From: Eledone cirrhosa
Taxonomy: Eukaryota
Direction: 5' to 3'
Assembly: GCA_964016885.1 (NCBI GenBank)
Contig: OZ024741.1
Span: 378,386,001-378,450,000 of the forward strand
DNA length: 64,000 bases
Part shown: one piece after another, positions 51,274-64,000 of the stretch
Layout: each line of letters opens with the position of its first letter
How positions within the stretch are numbered: position 1 is the first letter of the stretch
Program-made: the position numbers and the translations under genes
Notes under the pieces: generated by a model
Seen by the model: the letters and a program-made list of their open reading frames with translations, nothing else
The model's database searches: none
What the model was told of the DNA's origin: nothing

Positions 51274-54200
51274 TGTTTCTTTATTAGCCACAGGGGCACA
51301 GTAGAACGGAACAAATACAAAGGGGGAACTTTACATACATTAAAAACGTGTAAAATGTTATCACAAATGCAATTTAAAAAATTAGTCGATTTTCCCCAAT
51401 AAGGGGAGACAGTTTATATGGGTAACACATACCCCCGAAAAAATGTGAAACCCTCATCTCCAGGAGTACGAAGAGTTTGTACTCCTTTCCTTTCCTTCTC
51501 CTTTTCCTCAACCTACAGGCTGATATAGAGAGAAGGCCCATTCACTCGGGCCATTCTCGCCACTTTCACCCAACTTTCATAAAACTTGCTGGGGTACAGC
51601 ACCTCTCTCTCCATCCTGATTCTTCTTCCAAAGTGGTATTTGAAAAAAAGAATCAGTTGTTGGCCGGAGAGAAAGGTGTCTGACCTCAGCCATTTCAACC
51701 TTGTCCACCATACAAACTTTTTCGCCATAGCTATTGCACAAAGGAAAACCGCCTCTCCTTCGTTTTTGAAGGAGGGTGGCGGTTTGATCATGACAATGGA
51801 CTCGGTGGTCAACCGGATTGGTCCCACTCGTGACAATAGTCGGTCTACATAGTTCCACAGGTCAGTGACGCCCGGGCAGTGTATGAATGCGTGCGCGACG
51901 GTTTCTTCGTTACGCACGCACCTCGGACAGATCTTTTTTGCAGGATCCCTGCCCAGGCGCCCATGTCTGTAGAGCTTTCTCGAACTGGTAGAGCTCCTCG
52001 GTAGCACTGCCAGGCCAGGGACTTTTGGAAGTTGTCCATCGGTCCCGGGCGGAAGGTCCTACCGAACAGACTGGCCAGTTCATCTTCCTCTACGCCTAGA
52101 GTTTCACCGAGCGCGTCGTCGAATTTGCTGCAGATCAACCCTCTATAGAATGACGAAGTGGAGTCTCCACTGATCGCCGGGTCCGCCTGCCAGAGGGCTG
52201 TGAGCGCCTGACCACATTCGATGTGCCAGTCGCCTATTTTCCTCGGTCTTTGCTTGACCCAGGACTGCAGCTCGGTCAGCGAGACGAGTCGTGGGAGGCT
52301 CACCTCACGAACGGAGCCCACACCGGTTGTCCGGTGAGGAATACGTAGAGATGCAGCAGCCTGAGCGCGTGTTTGCGCATCGTCAACCACTGAATCCCCA
52401 GCCTTCCGCTCGAAGGGTGTTGGCAGCAGATGGATCTTCTCACCAAAGGAGTCCGCCTCTTCCAAATGAATTGGAAGAGCGCGCGCTCCATTTTGGCGAG
52501 CGTTTTGGCTGGATAAGGGACGACGCTCAAGCGGTAGTAGATGGAGCCGCTATAAAAGTGTTCGCCACCTACGCTCGACCTTTCAAGGATAGTTTGCACT
52601 CGGCCCACTTCTGGGTGAGTGCAAACACCTTGGCCGTCACTTCGTTCCAGTTCTTCTCCACCTGGAGGTCCGGACCAAACCAGACCCCGAGCAGCTTTAC
52701 CGGTCCTTCCGTCCAGCGTCCGACGACGCCATCGGAAGGCATCGGTTTGCCTCTCCACGATCCGAGTTGCAAACCGATGGACTTGTCCCGGTTCAGTTTC
52801 GCTCCTGTGAAACTTTTGTATTCCCTCAGTAAGGTGCCGACTTCCTCGATTTGCAAGGCGCTCGACACCATTACTGTCACGTCGTCGGCGTAGGCCGACG
52901 CCGCTTTCAGCAGTCCCGGTTCCAGAGGGATGCCCTGCAATAGCTCCAACTTCCACAGTAGTAGCTCGAGAGTCAGTACGTACAGAAGGGAGGAGAGAGG
53001 GCATCCCTGTCGAATGGATCGCGTAATATAGAACGGCTCCGAGAGGTAGCCGTTCACCTTGACCCTTGAACAGATGTTGCTGTTGTGCATTGCAGCAATC
53101 CAGCCCCTGAACACGGGTCCGAAGCCTGCCGCCTCGAGCACCGCATCCAGGTAACGATGGTCAACCCTATCGAAAGCCTTAGACTGATCCAAGTTGATCA
53201 AGGCCCCACCAAAGCCGGGTTTACACCCTACCCTATCTATGATGTATCGCATGAGGTGGAGGTTGTCGTGTATGGACCTGGTCGGGATTGCGCATGTCTG
53301 CGCTTCTTCCAGCAGGTTCTCGACGACAAGCGCCAGCCTCTTTGCCAACACCTTGGCCAAAATCTGTAACTCTGTGTTTAGCAGAGTTATGGCCCGGAAG
53401 TTGCCTATGTCAACCCCTTATTCTCGTCCTTCCTGACTAATGTGACCACGCCCCCGGTTACAGAACTGGGAATTCTCCCGTTCTGTTGCCAGTTGCAATA
53501 GACCGCTTCCAGGAGACCGGAGAATAAGTCCGTTATTGCTACGTAACATTCGTAGGGTAGACCGTCAAGACCTGGAAATTTGCATTTGGCGCATTGGCAC
53601 AGCGCGTCCCCTATCTCAGCGGCTGAAATCGGCTTTTCGCAGAACTTTGCCTCGCTGTCCGAGAGTCGCGATAGGCCGTCGAGGTATGGACCGAAATCCA
53701 TAGTCCCTCCCGGCGCGCCGGCCCGCCCGAACAGTTGAGCAACGTGCCGCTGAAAGGCCGCACACATCTGCTTCGGCTCACGTATCACGCGTCCGTTTTG
53801 GTCCTTCAAAGTCCGAATCATGGACTTGTTGCCACTTTTTTCCACCGTCACTCTGGCCCAGCTAATAGCTTTGGCTCCCTCGTTTCCCAGAGCACATATT
53901 TTGCTTCTGCCAACGCAGACCTCGTGCTTTGCGTCGAAGAACTGGTCCAAGGCTGTTCTTGTTGCTAGCACACTGGCTACGTTGCCACTTATAATTGCCT
54001 CTTCTACTTTATCTACCATTTCTTCTCGGTTCTATTTCTATCTAACGCTAATTCTTTACTAAAAACTAACGAGTCTAATCTAACTTCCCTCTTGAAAGTG
54101 GACCACCATCTGTTGCTGACAATGGCCCCTGTCAAGTGCTGTTTAAATAAAGTGCTAATCCGTCTACCGGGTCCTTGTCTGTGGGTTCTATCAATGTTGG

Positions 54201-57005
54201 CCATGCAGGTCACTAGTTTGTGATCTGAATAGGCAACCATGAACATTTGTGGACAGCTTAACATGTCCCTATCCTTATTTCTAACTAGACCCCTATCTAG
54301 ATACGATCTAGATGTTCCGCAGTTGTTAGTCCACGTCCACAGTTGCACAGTCGGAAAATCTAGTCGATATCTATCGGTCAAATCGGTCGATTAACTGTTT
54401 GAGGCTGTTACACCCCCCTTTATCGGGAGATGCTCCCACATAGTCCCAACGTGCATCTAGGATTCCATTCCAGTCCCCCACTAAAAGCAAGGACCGGGAC
54501 GTTCCCAGAAAAGTCTCTAGACGTTTGAAGAAGTCTGGCCGTGGTGTCCCGGATGGAGCATATGCAGCCACCAGCCTGAAGGTTCCACCTTCACTACCGT
54601 TAACGTCTAGGACCACCAATCGACCCTCCGGGTCCAGATGTACCGTCTGTGTTACGAGTCCCAGGTGTTTCCGCAGCAAAACAGCAACTCCGCCCCCACC
54701 CACCCCCGGTTGACAGAGTGATGCGTAGATCTCAAAGTCGTCGAAGATGGGGGCCAGCTCTCGCTCGCTGTGGATCCTGGACGCGCAAATGGCTACCACA
54801 TCCATACTGTGCGACCTGGGGTCGTTTAAGAGTTTTCCCTGTTTCCAGGGCATCCCCAGGCCGCGTACATTCACACATCCAACTCTTATATTGGCCATGT
54901 TGGTGCTGAAAAGTTAAAACAGGAAAAGAGATCACTCACCCTTCGTCTGCTGGGGACCAGACTGCACGATTTCCATGGGGGTGTTGGAGGGGTCGTCTGG
55001 TTGGGTGGTGGTTTCCGGTGGGGTGGGGACGGGGATGTTTGGTGGGGTGGGGTCTGGTGGGATGGGGGTGCCTGGAGTGGGGAGACATTTGAGAAGGAAG
55101 CGGTTAAGTGGTTTCACGCAGGAATTCCCCATATCCTTTTCAAATATTTCTTTTAGGGACCTATAAGTTTGTATAGGGACCCTAATCAGTTTTAGGTTCA
55201 GTTTTTTGTTATTTTTAATAGAGTGGACTAAAGCTTTCCCTACGGTTTTCACCGAAGGGTCGTTCGTGATGGTCTCCATTAGTGTTTTGTTTTCAGTGTT
55301 TATGTAAGTGTAATTGTAATTTTCTTGTGTTGTGTTTGTTTTTGTCTGTAGTTCTTGTGTGTGCTTTCGTTTTGTTGTAGGTATTTTGTTTTCAGGAGGT
55401 GGGGGTTTTGTTTGTGATGTATTTTGTTGTTTGTGTTGGTGGTTGTATGTTTGTGGTAGTGTTTGCTGGTTGTTTGCTTTTGTGATGTCTTTTCTTTCTT
55501 TTCGAGCGATGGGGTTCTCCCTCGTCTTCACTGGGTGATGGTGAGATAGCCTCATCTGTTGTATCGTCTGTGTGACTGGGGCGGGGTATGTCTTGGGGAG
55601 CTGTTGTATCTGTATGTGATTTTGCAGTGGTTTTAGGTGGATTAGGGTTGGGTGGGATTGTGTTTGGTGTGGTTATTTTTGTGTGTTGGTGTCGTTGTTG
55701 TTGTGGTGGTGTTGGTGGTTGTGTTGTTTTGATGGGTGTCGGCAGAAGAGCCTTTTTTTTACTCATTAATTTAGGACAGGAAGCTCTCAGGTGACCCCTG
55801 CTAAAGCAATGGTAACATGAAGGCCACCTACCCTCAATCGAAAAGTTTATGTAGGTGAGTCCGTCCAAGAGTACACGTTGTGAGATCATAGCTATACGCT
55901 CTGGGCTCATTTGCACCAGAACTTCAATGCTAGTCCCATTGAATACATCTCTGGGGGACTTTCCTACTGACCCTAATCTGTCTTCATCAAAATTGATGAA
56001 GCCGCACAGTATCCACCATATGTTCACCTTTGGTGTGACACTCGTGATTTTAATCTTTTGTGTCCTGTTTCCCATGTATGTAGGGAAAATGGTATAGAGG
56101 TTGGATACAATTGGCGACACAGAGTAATTTTGGGCCATCAATTGATCCTTCATGAATACCGAAATACTCACAAAAAGTTTGCTTCTTTGAATGAATGCAA
56201 TACCATTCATTGAATTTTTGAAAACCAGTACAATTTCTTTCTGTGACAATTGGACTGGTTTTCGGTTAGAATTGGGAACTGTCCTAAAAACTATCGTTCT
56301 GAGAGCAGTTTCCTTCCGAATTTCTACCGGAGCATTGATGCTGAAAGCACCATTTTTTTCGAAAGTGACATATCTCCTAGCGTCCTTTAAAAGTTGTTCG
56401 GCATTTGATATGTCGAGATATGTCAGTTCTTTTTTGAACTGTCTGTGCAAACGAGATTTTGGTTTCTTTGTGGAATTATCCGTGTTGGGGGTGTTGTCAT
56501 TATTGTTGTTATTGTTGTTGTTATTCTTGTTGTCACTGATGTTGATATTACTCGTATTTTCCTTGGTGTTGTTGTTGTCTTTTATGCTGCTGTTATTGGT
56601 GTTGTCTTTATTTTTTTCTTTGTTGTTGTTGTCATTGTTGTTTTTATCATCATTATTGGGGTTGTTGTTATTTTGTTGTCATTGAACTGTTTGGTGTCAT
56701 TTGTGTTGTTTGGATATGAATTTGTTTTTACATTTTCATTTCGCCTTTCCATCTCCAGCACCATTATCGTCGAACGCAGCGTTCATAACGTAATCAAACT
56801 TCTTACAATATTTTTCCAAAATTCGCTGGAGAAAAAATTTTTCAAACGAATATTTCGCACCTGTAGGGGCGAAAATGAGTTGACACAACACCTGAAGTTC
56901 CAGATGGTGGGTCAAGTTACACAATAATATTAAATTTAACTAAAAACTCACGTTTTTTTCTTACATAAATTAACGGAAACTTCTCCGCGAAGTTACACAC
57001 ATCTG
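51274..57005 (-). mobile_element. Full-length decayed Tx1/L1-clade LINE (ORF1 ~56850-54932; ORF2 54898-51513)
   Basis: ORF1 CYHCFSRGHLRASC; ORF2 GCVNVRGL, VGDWN, SYLD, SDHK, DQSKAFDRVDH, RQGCPLS, AYADD, CPRC..HAFIHC; AATAAA then (CT)n/(TA)n. Confidence 0.95.
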
Positions 57006-57077
57006 GTAAAGAGATAGATAGATAGATAGATGTATAGATAGATGGAAAGATTGTTGAATAGATCGTTAGAGAAATAT

Positions 57078-60000
57078 ATAACTTTCTTTCTATTTGCCAC
57101 CAGGGCATCAAAAAGTGGGATAAGTAGAATGGGGGGAGTTTACATAAAAAGGCGTCCTCAATAAGGAGGAGGCAATAACAAGATATAAAAATAAAATAAA
57201 ATATAACAAAAATACATTTAATAATAAAACCCTCAATAGGGAGGGGGCGCCTGGGGGGGGATCGTACAACACCCCCCCGAAAAAAGTGTGCAATCCTTCA
57301 CCTCAGGAGCAAAGAAATGGGGTGCTCCCTTGATCTTTCATCTTCCTCACCTATAGTCTGATGTAGAGTGAAGGCCCATTCACACGGGCCATTCTCGCCA
57401 CTTTCACCCATCTTTCAAAAAAACGGCTGGGGTGCAGCACCTCTCTCTCTATCCTGATCCTTCTTCCGAAATGATATCGGAAGAAACGGAACAGTTGTTG
57501 GCCAGATAGAAAGGTGTCTGACCTCAGTCCTTTCAGACGCGTCCACCATACAACTTCTTTCGCCATGGCTATTACGAACAGAAACACCGCCTCTCCTTCG
57601 TTTTTGAAGAGGGGAGGCGGCTTGATGGTTACAATAGACTCGGAAGTTAACCGGATCGGACCCACCCTTGACAGCAGTTGTTCGACATAGCCCCACATAT
57701 CGGCAATGCCCGAGCAGTGTACCAATGCTTGTGCAACGGTTTCCTCGTCGCACACGCATCTGGGACAGATCTTTTTCGAGGCGTCCCTCTGTAGAGACTT
57801 TCTCGAACGGGCATTGCCCCTCGGTAGCATTGTTTTGCCAGGGACCTCTGGAAGTTATCCATGGGTCTCGGGCTGAATATCCTACCGAACAGGTTGGCCT
57901 GTTCGTCTTCCTCCATGCCTAGGGCCTCTCCGAGGGCGTCGTTGCACCTGCTAACCACCAGCCTTCTATAGAATGACGAGGTGGATTATCCACTGACAGA
58001 CGGGTCCGCCTGCCAGAGAGCCGTGAGCGCTTGGGCACACACGGTGTGCCAGGCGCCCAGTTTTCTCGGTCTTTTCTTGACCCATGATTGCAGCTCGGAG
58101 AGCGAGAATAGTCTGGGAAAGGCTCGCCTCACAAACGGGGCCCACACCGCTTGACCGGTGAGGAATACCTGTAGGTGCCGTAGCCTTAATGCGTGTTTAT
58201 GTATCATTAGCCACGGCATCCCCAGCCCTCCTTTCGAAGGGCGTTGACAGCAGATGGATCTCCTCACCATAGGAGCCCGTTTCTTCCAAAGGAATTGGAA
58301 GAGTGCGCGCTCCATTTTAGCGAGTTTCCCTTGGGGAAGGCATAATGGTCAGGCGGTAGTAGATGACGGACGCTATATAAGTATTCGCCACCTCCGCCCG
58401 ACCTTTCAGGGACAGTTTGCACTCGGCCCACTTCTGGGTCAGTGCAAACACTCTGTTCGTTACCTCACCCCAGTTCTTCTCCACCTGGAGGTCTGGTCCG
58501 AACCAGAACCCGAGCAACTTCACCGGGCCCTCCGTCCAGCGCCCGATGACGCCATCGGAGGGCATCGATCTGCCTCTCCATGTGCCGAGTTGCAGACCGA
58601 TCGATTTTTCCCGGTTCAGCTGAGCCCCTGTAACCCTTTCGTACTCCTCCAGTAAGGTGCCGATCGCCCCGATTTCCGAGGCCATCGACACCATCACTGT
58701 TAGGTAATCACCGTAGGCCGACACAGCTTTCCGCAATCCCGGTTCCAACAGGATGCCCTGCAACAACTCCAACTTCTGCAGCAGTGGCTCTAGAGTCATT
58801 ACATACAGAAGGGAGGTGAGAGGGCACCCTTGTCGGATTGACCGCGCGATTTCTAACGGCTCCGAGAGGTAGCCGTTCACCTTGACCCTAGAGCAGATGT
58901 GGCTGCTGTGAATGGCATTGATACAGCCCCTGAAAAGGGGTCCAAATCTTGCCGCCGCTAGCACCGCATCCAGGTAACCATGGTCGATCCTATCGAATTT
59001 CCTTAGATTTATCCAAGTTGATCAGGGCCATACCAAAGACGGGTTCGTTCCCAATCCTCACTATGATGTATCGCATAAGGTGGAAGTTGTCGTGGATGGA
59101 CCTGGACGGCATAGCACATGTATATGCATCTCCCACCAGGTTGCCCATGACAAGCGCCAACCTCTTTGCTAGCACCTTGGCCAAAATCTGTAACTTTGTA
59201 TTTAGCAGAGCTATGGGCCTGAAATTATTTATATCGTCCCCCTTGTTCTCGTCCTTTCTCACTAGCGTGACTACGCCCTTGGTCACAGCACAGGGAATTC
59301 TCCCGTTCTGTTGCCAGTTGCAGTAGACGGCCTCGAGGAGATCGGGGAACAAGTCCGGCATAGCTAGATATAGTTCGTATGGAAGACCATTGAGACCCGG
59401 GGATTTGCGTTTGCCGCATTGGTTCAGCACGTCGTCTATCTCAGCGGCTGAAATCGGCTCCTCGCAGGACTTCACCTCCCTGTTTGAGAGACGCGGCTGG
59501 CCGTCGAGGTATGGACCGAAGTCCACTTCCCCAACCGGCTCCCCGCCGCTTCCGAACAATCTGCGAAAGTGCTTTTGAAAAGCCTCGCACATCTGCTTAG
59601 GTTCAAGGATCACCCGTCCATCCTGGTCTCGCAAAGACCAGATAGTGGATCTACTCCCTCTTTTGGCTTCTGTCACGTGGGCCCAGCTAACAGCTTTGGT
59701 CCCCTCGTTTTCCAGAGCACGTATTTTGCTACGGACGATGCAGCCTTCGTGTTTCGCGTCGAAGACCTGGCCCAGGGCCGTTCTCGACGCTAGCACTCTG
59801 GCCACGTCGTCGCTTCTAATTGCCTCTACTACACTATCTACCAACTCCCTTTGCTTCCTATTTCTATTTGAGGCTAACTCCTTACTAAATTATATAGAGA
59901 CTACTCTAATCTCTCTTTTGAGAGATCCCACCACCTGCTGTTGACGATGGCGCCCGTCAATCGCTCCTTAACTAAAGTGCTAATCCGGTCCCTGTAAGCC

Positions 60001-62785
60001 TTACTTGCCTGTAAGGACAAGTTGAGCTTCCAGTAACCGATTCCCTGTCTATGCGTTCTGTCAAGGTTGAACATGCAGGTCACTAACTTGTGGTCTGAAT
60101 AGCCAACCATGCGCATTTTTGGACAACTTAAAAAAGTCCGTATCCTTATTTCTAACTAAGAACCTATCTAGGTACGACCTAGATGATCCGCTACAGTTTG
60201 CCCAAATCCAGGTTGGCGCAGTCGGAAAATCTAATCGATATCTATCGGCCAGGTCAAATCGCCCAATTAACCCTTTGGGGCTATGACACCCCTCTCTATC
60301 GGGACAGACCCCTACATAATCCCAACGTGCATCTAGGATACCATTCCAGTCCCCCACTAATAGCAAGGAACTAGAAAAGTCTCCAGACGATGGAAGAAGT
60401 CCGGCCGCAAAGACCCGAAAGGACCGTAGACGGCTACCAACCGCAACGCTCCGCCTTCACCACTGCCAAGGTCCAGAAACACTAGTCGACCCACCGGGGC
60501 CAAATGTACCGTCTGTGTTGCGAGACCCAGCTGTTTTTGCAGCAGAACAACAACCCCACCCCAGCTCCGGGCTGACAGAGATATGCGTGCATCTCAAAGT
60601 CATCAAAGGTGAGGGTCAACTGTCGCACGTTGCTGATCCGGGCCTCGCAAATAACCATCACATCTATAAGTTGTGACCTGAGGTCATTTAGAAGCATTGC
60701 TTGCTTCCAAGTTGAACCCAGGCCACGCGCATTTAGACAGCATTCTCTTAGCATTGCCATGTTGGTGGTGAAGAGAAAAGGCACTTACCTCTCTGCGTCC
60801 CGGGTATCGGGCTGCACAATTTCCATGAGGGTGGGGGAAGGGTTGTTGGGTGGGGTGCTGTTTTGTGGAAGTGTAGGGGCATCAGTGGATTGTGTGGTTG
60901 GGGTGTTTGGAGTTGTGTGGGTGTTTGTGGAGGGGGTGGGGAAGTGTTTTAGGAGGACACGGTTAAAGGGCTCGACGCAGGGGGGGGGGAGGTCACGTTC
61001 TCTTTAAAGTTGTTTTTTAGTGTTTTATATGTGTCCTCTGGGGCCTTAATCATTTTGAGGTGGGGGAAATCCCCTGCCTGGCTGATTTAGCCCTTGGGTT
61101 TTCACTAAATTGTTGTTGTACACAATGTTTAGCACTTTTTTATTTCTTGTGTTTATGTATGTGTATGCATGTTTTTGTTTTTGTGTGGTGTTTTTTGTTT
61201 GCTGTTGTTGTGTACTCTTTTGTGTTGGTGTCTTTGTTATGTTTTGGGGAGGGGTTGTTTTCATTTGTGTGTCTGAGGTGTGTTTTCTTTTTTTACTTCT
61301 GATTGTGTGGAAGTGCTACTCCTCGTCGGACGACGAACGAGGGTCATCTTCCGCGTTGGAGGGGAGGGGTAGGTTTTCGGGTTGTGTTTTCGGTGCGGGT
61401 GTTTTGGAAATATTTTTTTTTTAGTGGGGGGCATGGGTTGGACATTGTTTTGTTTTGGTTTGAGCTGTGGTTGTTGTTTTTGTAGTGGTGGTTGTGGTGA
61501 TTGTGTTGGTTGTGCAGTTGTTGGTGGTGTGGGTAAGATTGGGGTTTTCTTATTAAGTTGAGGACAGACAGCCCTCAGGTGACCTCTGGCTCCACAGAGG
61601 TAACACGAGGGCTGCCTACCCTGAACGGTAATGTTGATAAAAGTTTGATCATCCAGGATGACGCGTCCAGGAATCCGGGCGATTCTTTCGGGCCTCATTT
61701 GAACTACAAGTTCGAGGCTCGTTCCACTGAACGCGTCACCCGATGCCTTTCCCATGGATATTAGTGTGTCATCGTCTAGGTTCAGGAAACCTGTCAATAA
61801 CCACCATATGTCCATAATCGGAAGGATGGTGTGAATTTTTATTTTGTGTGTCCTTCTACCCATCTACGTAGGGTAGAAGGTGTATGCGGTGGATGTAATT
61901 GGTTTTATGGAGAGTTTCACTGCTGTGTCCCTGTCCTTCATGTGTATGGATAGACTCCCGTAGAGTCAATCCTTCTGAATGAATATGATGTATTTCAGGA
62001 CATCTTTTAAAACCAGCTCTATCTCACTCTGTGATGGTTGAGCTGGTTTTTTGCTTTTGTCTGAGACTGTCCTAAACATGACAGTGTTTAGGAGTCTGTT
62101 GCTTTTTTAGTTCCGGGGGGAGTGGATCGAAAATGATCCAATATCCCCGTACATTATTTATTTTTTGGCATCTGCCAGTAGCTCCTTCGCTTTGCTTATA
62201 TCTACTGGCAGATAGTCGAGGGTTTTTCTTGGCGTCTGGGCGAAGCAGACCTTTTCCTTGTTTGTGTTGATGTTGTAGTTGATGGTGTTGTTGTTATCGC
62301 TGTTGTTGTTATCACAGTTATTGGCCTTGTTGTTGTTGTTATTGCTATTGTTGTTAGTGTTGTTTTCGTTCGTAGCATTGTTGTTGTAGTTGCTGGTGCC
62401 GCTGGTTGTTTGGTTTGTTGCCATGGCAACGTCAAGTTGTCGGTCAGCAGGTGGAGAAAATCCTTCCTCTGGCTGACCTTTGTCTTTGACATCTGCTACT
62501 ATGACCGTGGCAGGGGGAAGCTGTAAGCATATCTTCCTCTTTCCTCCTTCGAATTCTGGTGAAGATGCTTCAGCCATTTAAAAAAAATGTTAGCTTTTCA
62601 AAAAAAAACTTTTTGTTAACTATTTCGACTAAAGGCGTAGAATATTTTGAGAGACTGACCAGATCAAAATTTGACCTGGCAGTCCCTCTACAAAATGGTA
62701 CAAAAATGAAAGTTTACAGTCAAGAATTTCTATAGAAATTTAAGCAGAACTTACTCAGCAAGTTTCACGCGTGTGTCCATCCCAG
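57078..62785 (-). mobile_element. Full-length decayed Tx1/L1-clade LINE (ORF1 62577 to ~60785; ORF2 60760-57351), head-to-tail with the 51274 copy
   Basis: ORF1 CYLCGARGHLRAVC; ORF2 CLNARGL, VGDWN, SYLDRF, SDHK, YWKLN, FRPIALLN, RQGCPL, AYGDY (mutated YADD), CPRC..; preceded by (TATC)n. Confidence 0.95.
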
Positions 62786-64000
62786 TGATAGATAGATAGA
62801 GAAATATAGACAACTAGAAAGAGATATATGCGTGGGGAGAAAAAGTAATCGTGTTTTAATTAAGAAAGGTTTGGATTAAGATAGGCTCAATATATGCATA
62901 TAGACAAATATATAGTATAACTTTCTCAACGTTAGCTTCATTTTTGTCCCTAGTAAAGCAACCAACATTAAGCTTGCTCCGTTGCTAATCCCGCCATGAT
63001 AGCAGTTTCCACCCATAAGACAGTATTGATTATTTACATATATAAATGAGAAAATACCGAAATCATTATACCTATATACATCTATAATGCTTAGATTTGT
63101 ACATTACGTATCATTAAATTCCCTGGTTTGCTTAGCATATCTTTTATTATAAATGTTATATTTGTATGATCATCTAATAAGTGTATACTGCAAACTCAAA
63201 ACAAATTCAAATTTGTAATATGGATGTTCTTTTCAATAAAATCCATGGGAATATATATAAGGAATTGTCTCTTTCAATCTACTTGGAAAGAGGAAACTGG
63301 TTTGTCTGACAGGTTATATGAATGGTTTTGTAATATTTTTCTCTGTGCTTATTTGTTATTAATTCTATATATTTAGGTTCTTTTTTATTCCTGATTCTAA
63401 ACCGAATATCACAATACATCTTGCTGATATTATAGTTTCTCTCGTTTATATCAGAAAGTTATTGAATAAAATATTCTAATACACATAGAACTTGCTAACT
63501 ATCCGACAACGTTTTATATTTCATAAGAAACCTTAGTAACTAGGTGTGAGTGTCGAGTCGAACGACTGCCATAAAATATGTTATTAAATATACAATAATG
63601 ATCCATCTGGGTTGCACCAACAACATTTTTTCTCAAAGCAAATAGCAAACGATTCATTCCTACATGCATGTAAGTATGTATGTATATCCTGTGTATTTAA
63701 ATGATGGTGAGTGGAACTTGGAAGTTGAATTAGATTTCGCTGTATGTTTTATACTACAGAATCTAAGAACAGGGCTTTTAAACCCTGAAAGGATAAATAG
63801 GCATCGGCACTGGCGGGTGTCGAAACCCCATCTCCTGTTTGTAGGATAAGTCTGCTAGCATTTACAATATCATGCCAACTTATTTCTTTCCGTTATATTT
63901 AGAAGCTATAATTTAATTGCGATACGTAAACAAAACACGTGTATTTCAAAGACGGTGAGCTGAATCTAAAAATTGAATTAAAAGTTTCACCGTTCAGGAA

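Noticed and set aside
54906-54939. 34-nt GT-AG mini-intron fusing ORF1 and ORF2
   Set aside because: Splicing would not put ORF2 in frame, and the AG is absent from the other two copies.

Overview
AT-rich, microsatellite-laden eukaryotic DNA. It is most likely cephalopod/octopus, inferred from the Nin-domain SINEs and the repeat landscape. I can support no host protein gene. The window is a nested transposon cluster. It holds six decayed Tx1/L1-clade LINEs (ORF1 with CCHC knuckle; ORF2 APE-RT-Zn finger), several in head-to-tail tandems at (TATC)n or (ATT)n tracts, plus R4/Dong-type RLE LINE fragments, mariner relics, Nin-type SINEs and Helitron-like non-autonomous repeats. It also holds one uninterrupted 773-aa Penelope-like RT/GIY-YIG ORF with Naiad-clade motifs, and decayed Naiad relics. 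The main structure the ORF track does not show is at least eight type-I hammerhead ribozyme motifs from about six distinct sequence families, each lying shortly upstream of a (TA)n tract. Two of them carry a compensatory U3:A8 core (UUGAUAA) and point outward from a ~1.6 kb non-coding segment. Several long fold-back inverted repeats are centred on microsatellites or ribozymes. Element boundaries were read by eye and are approximate.
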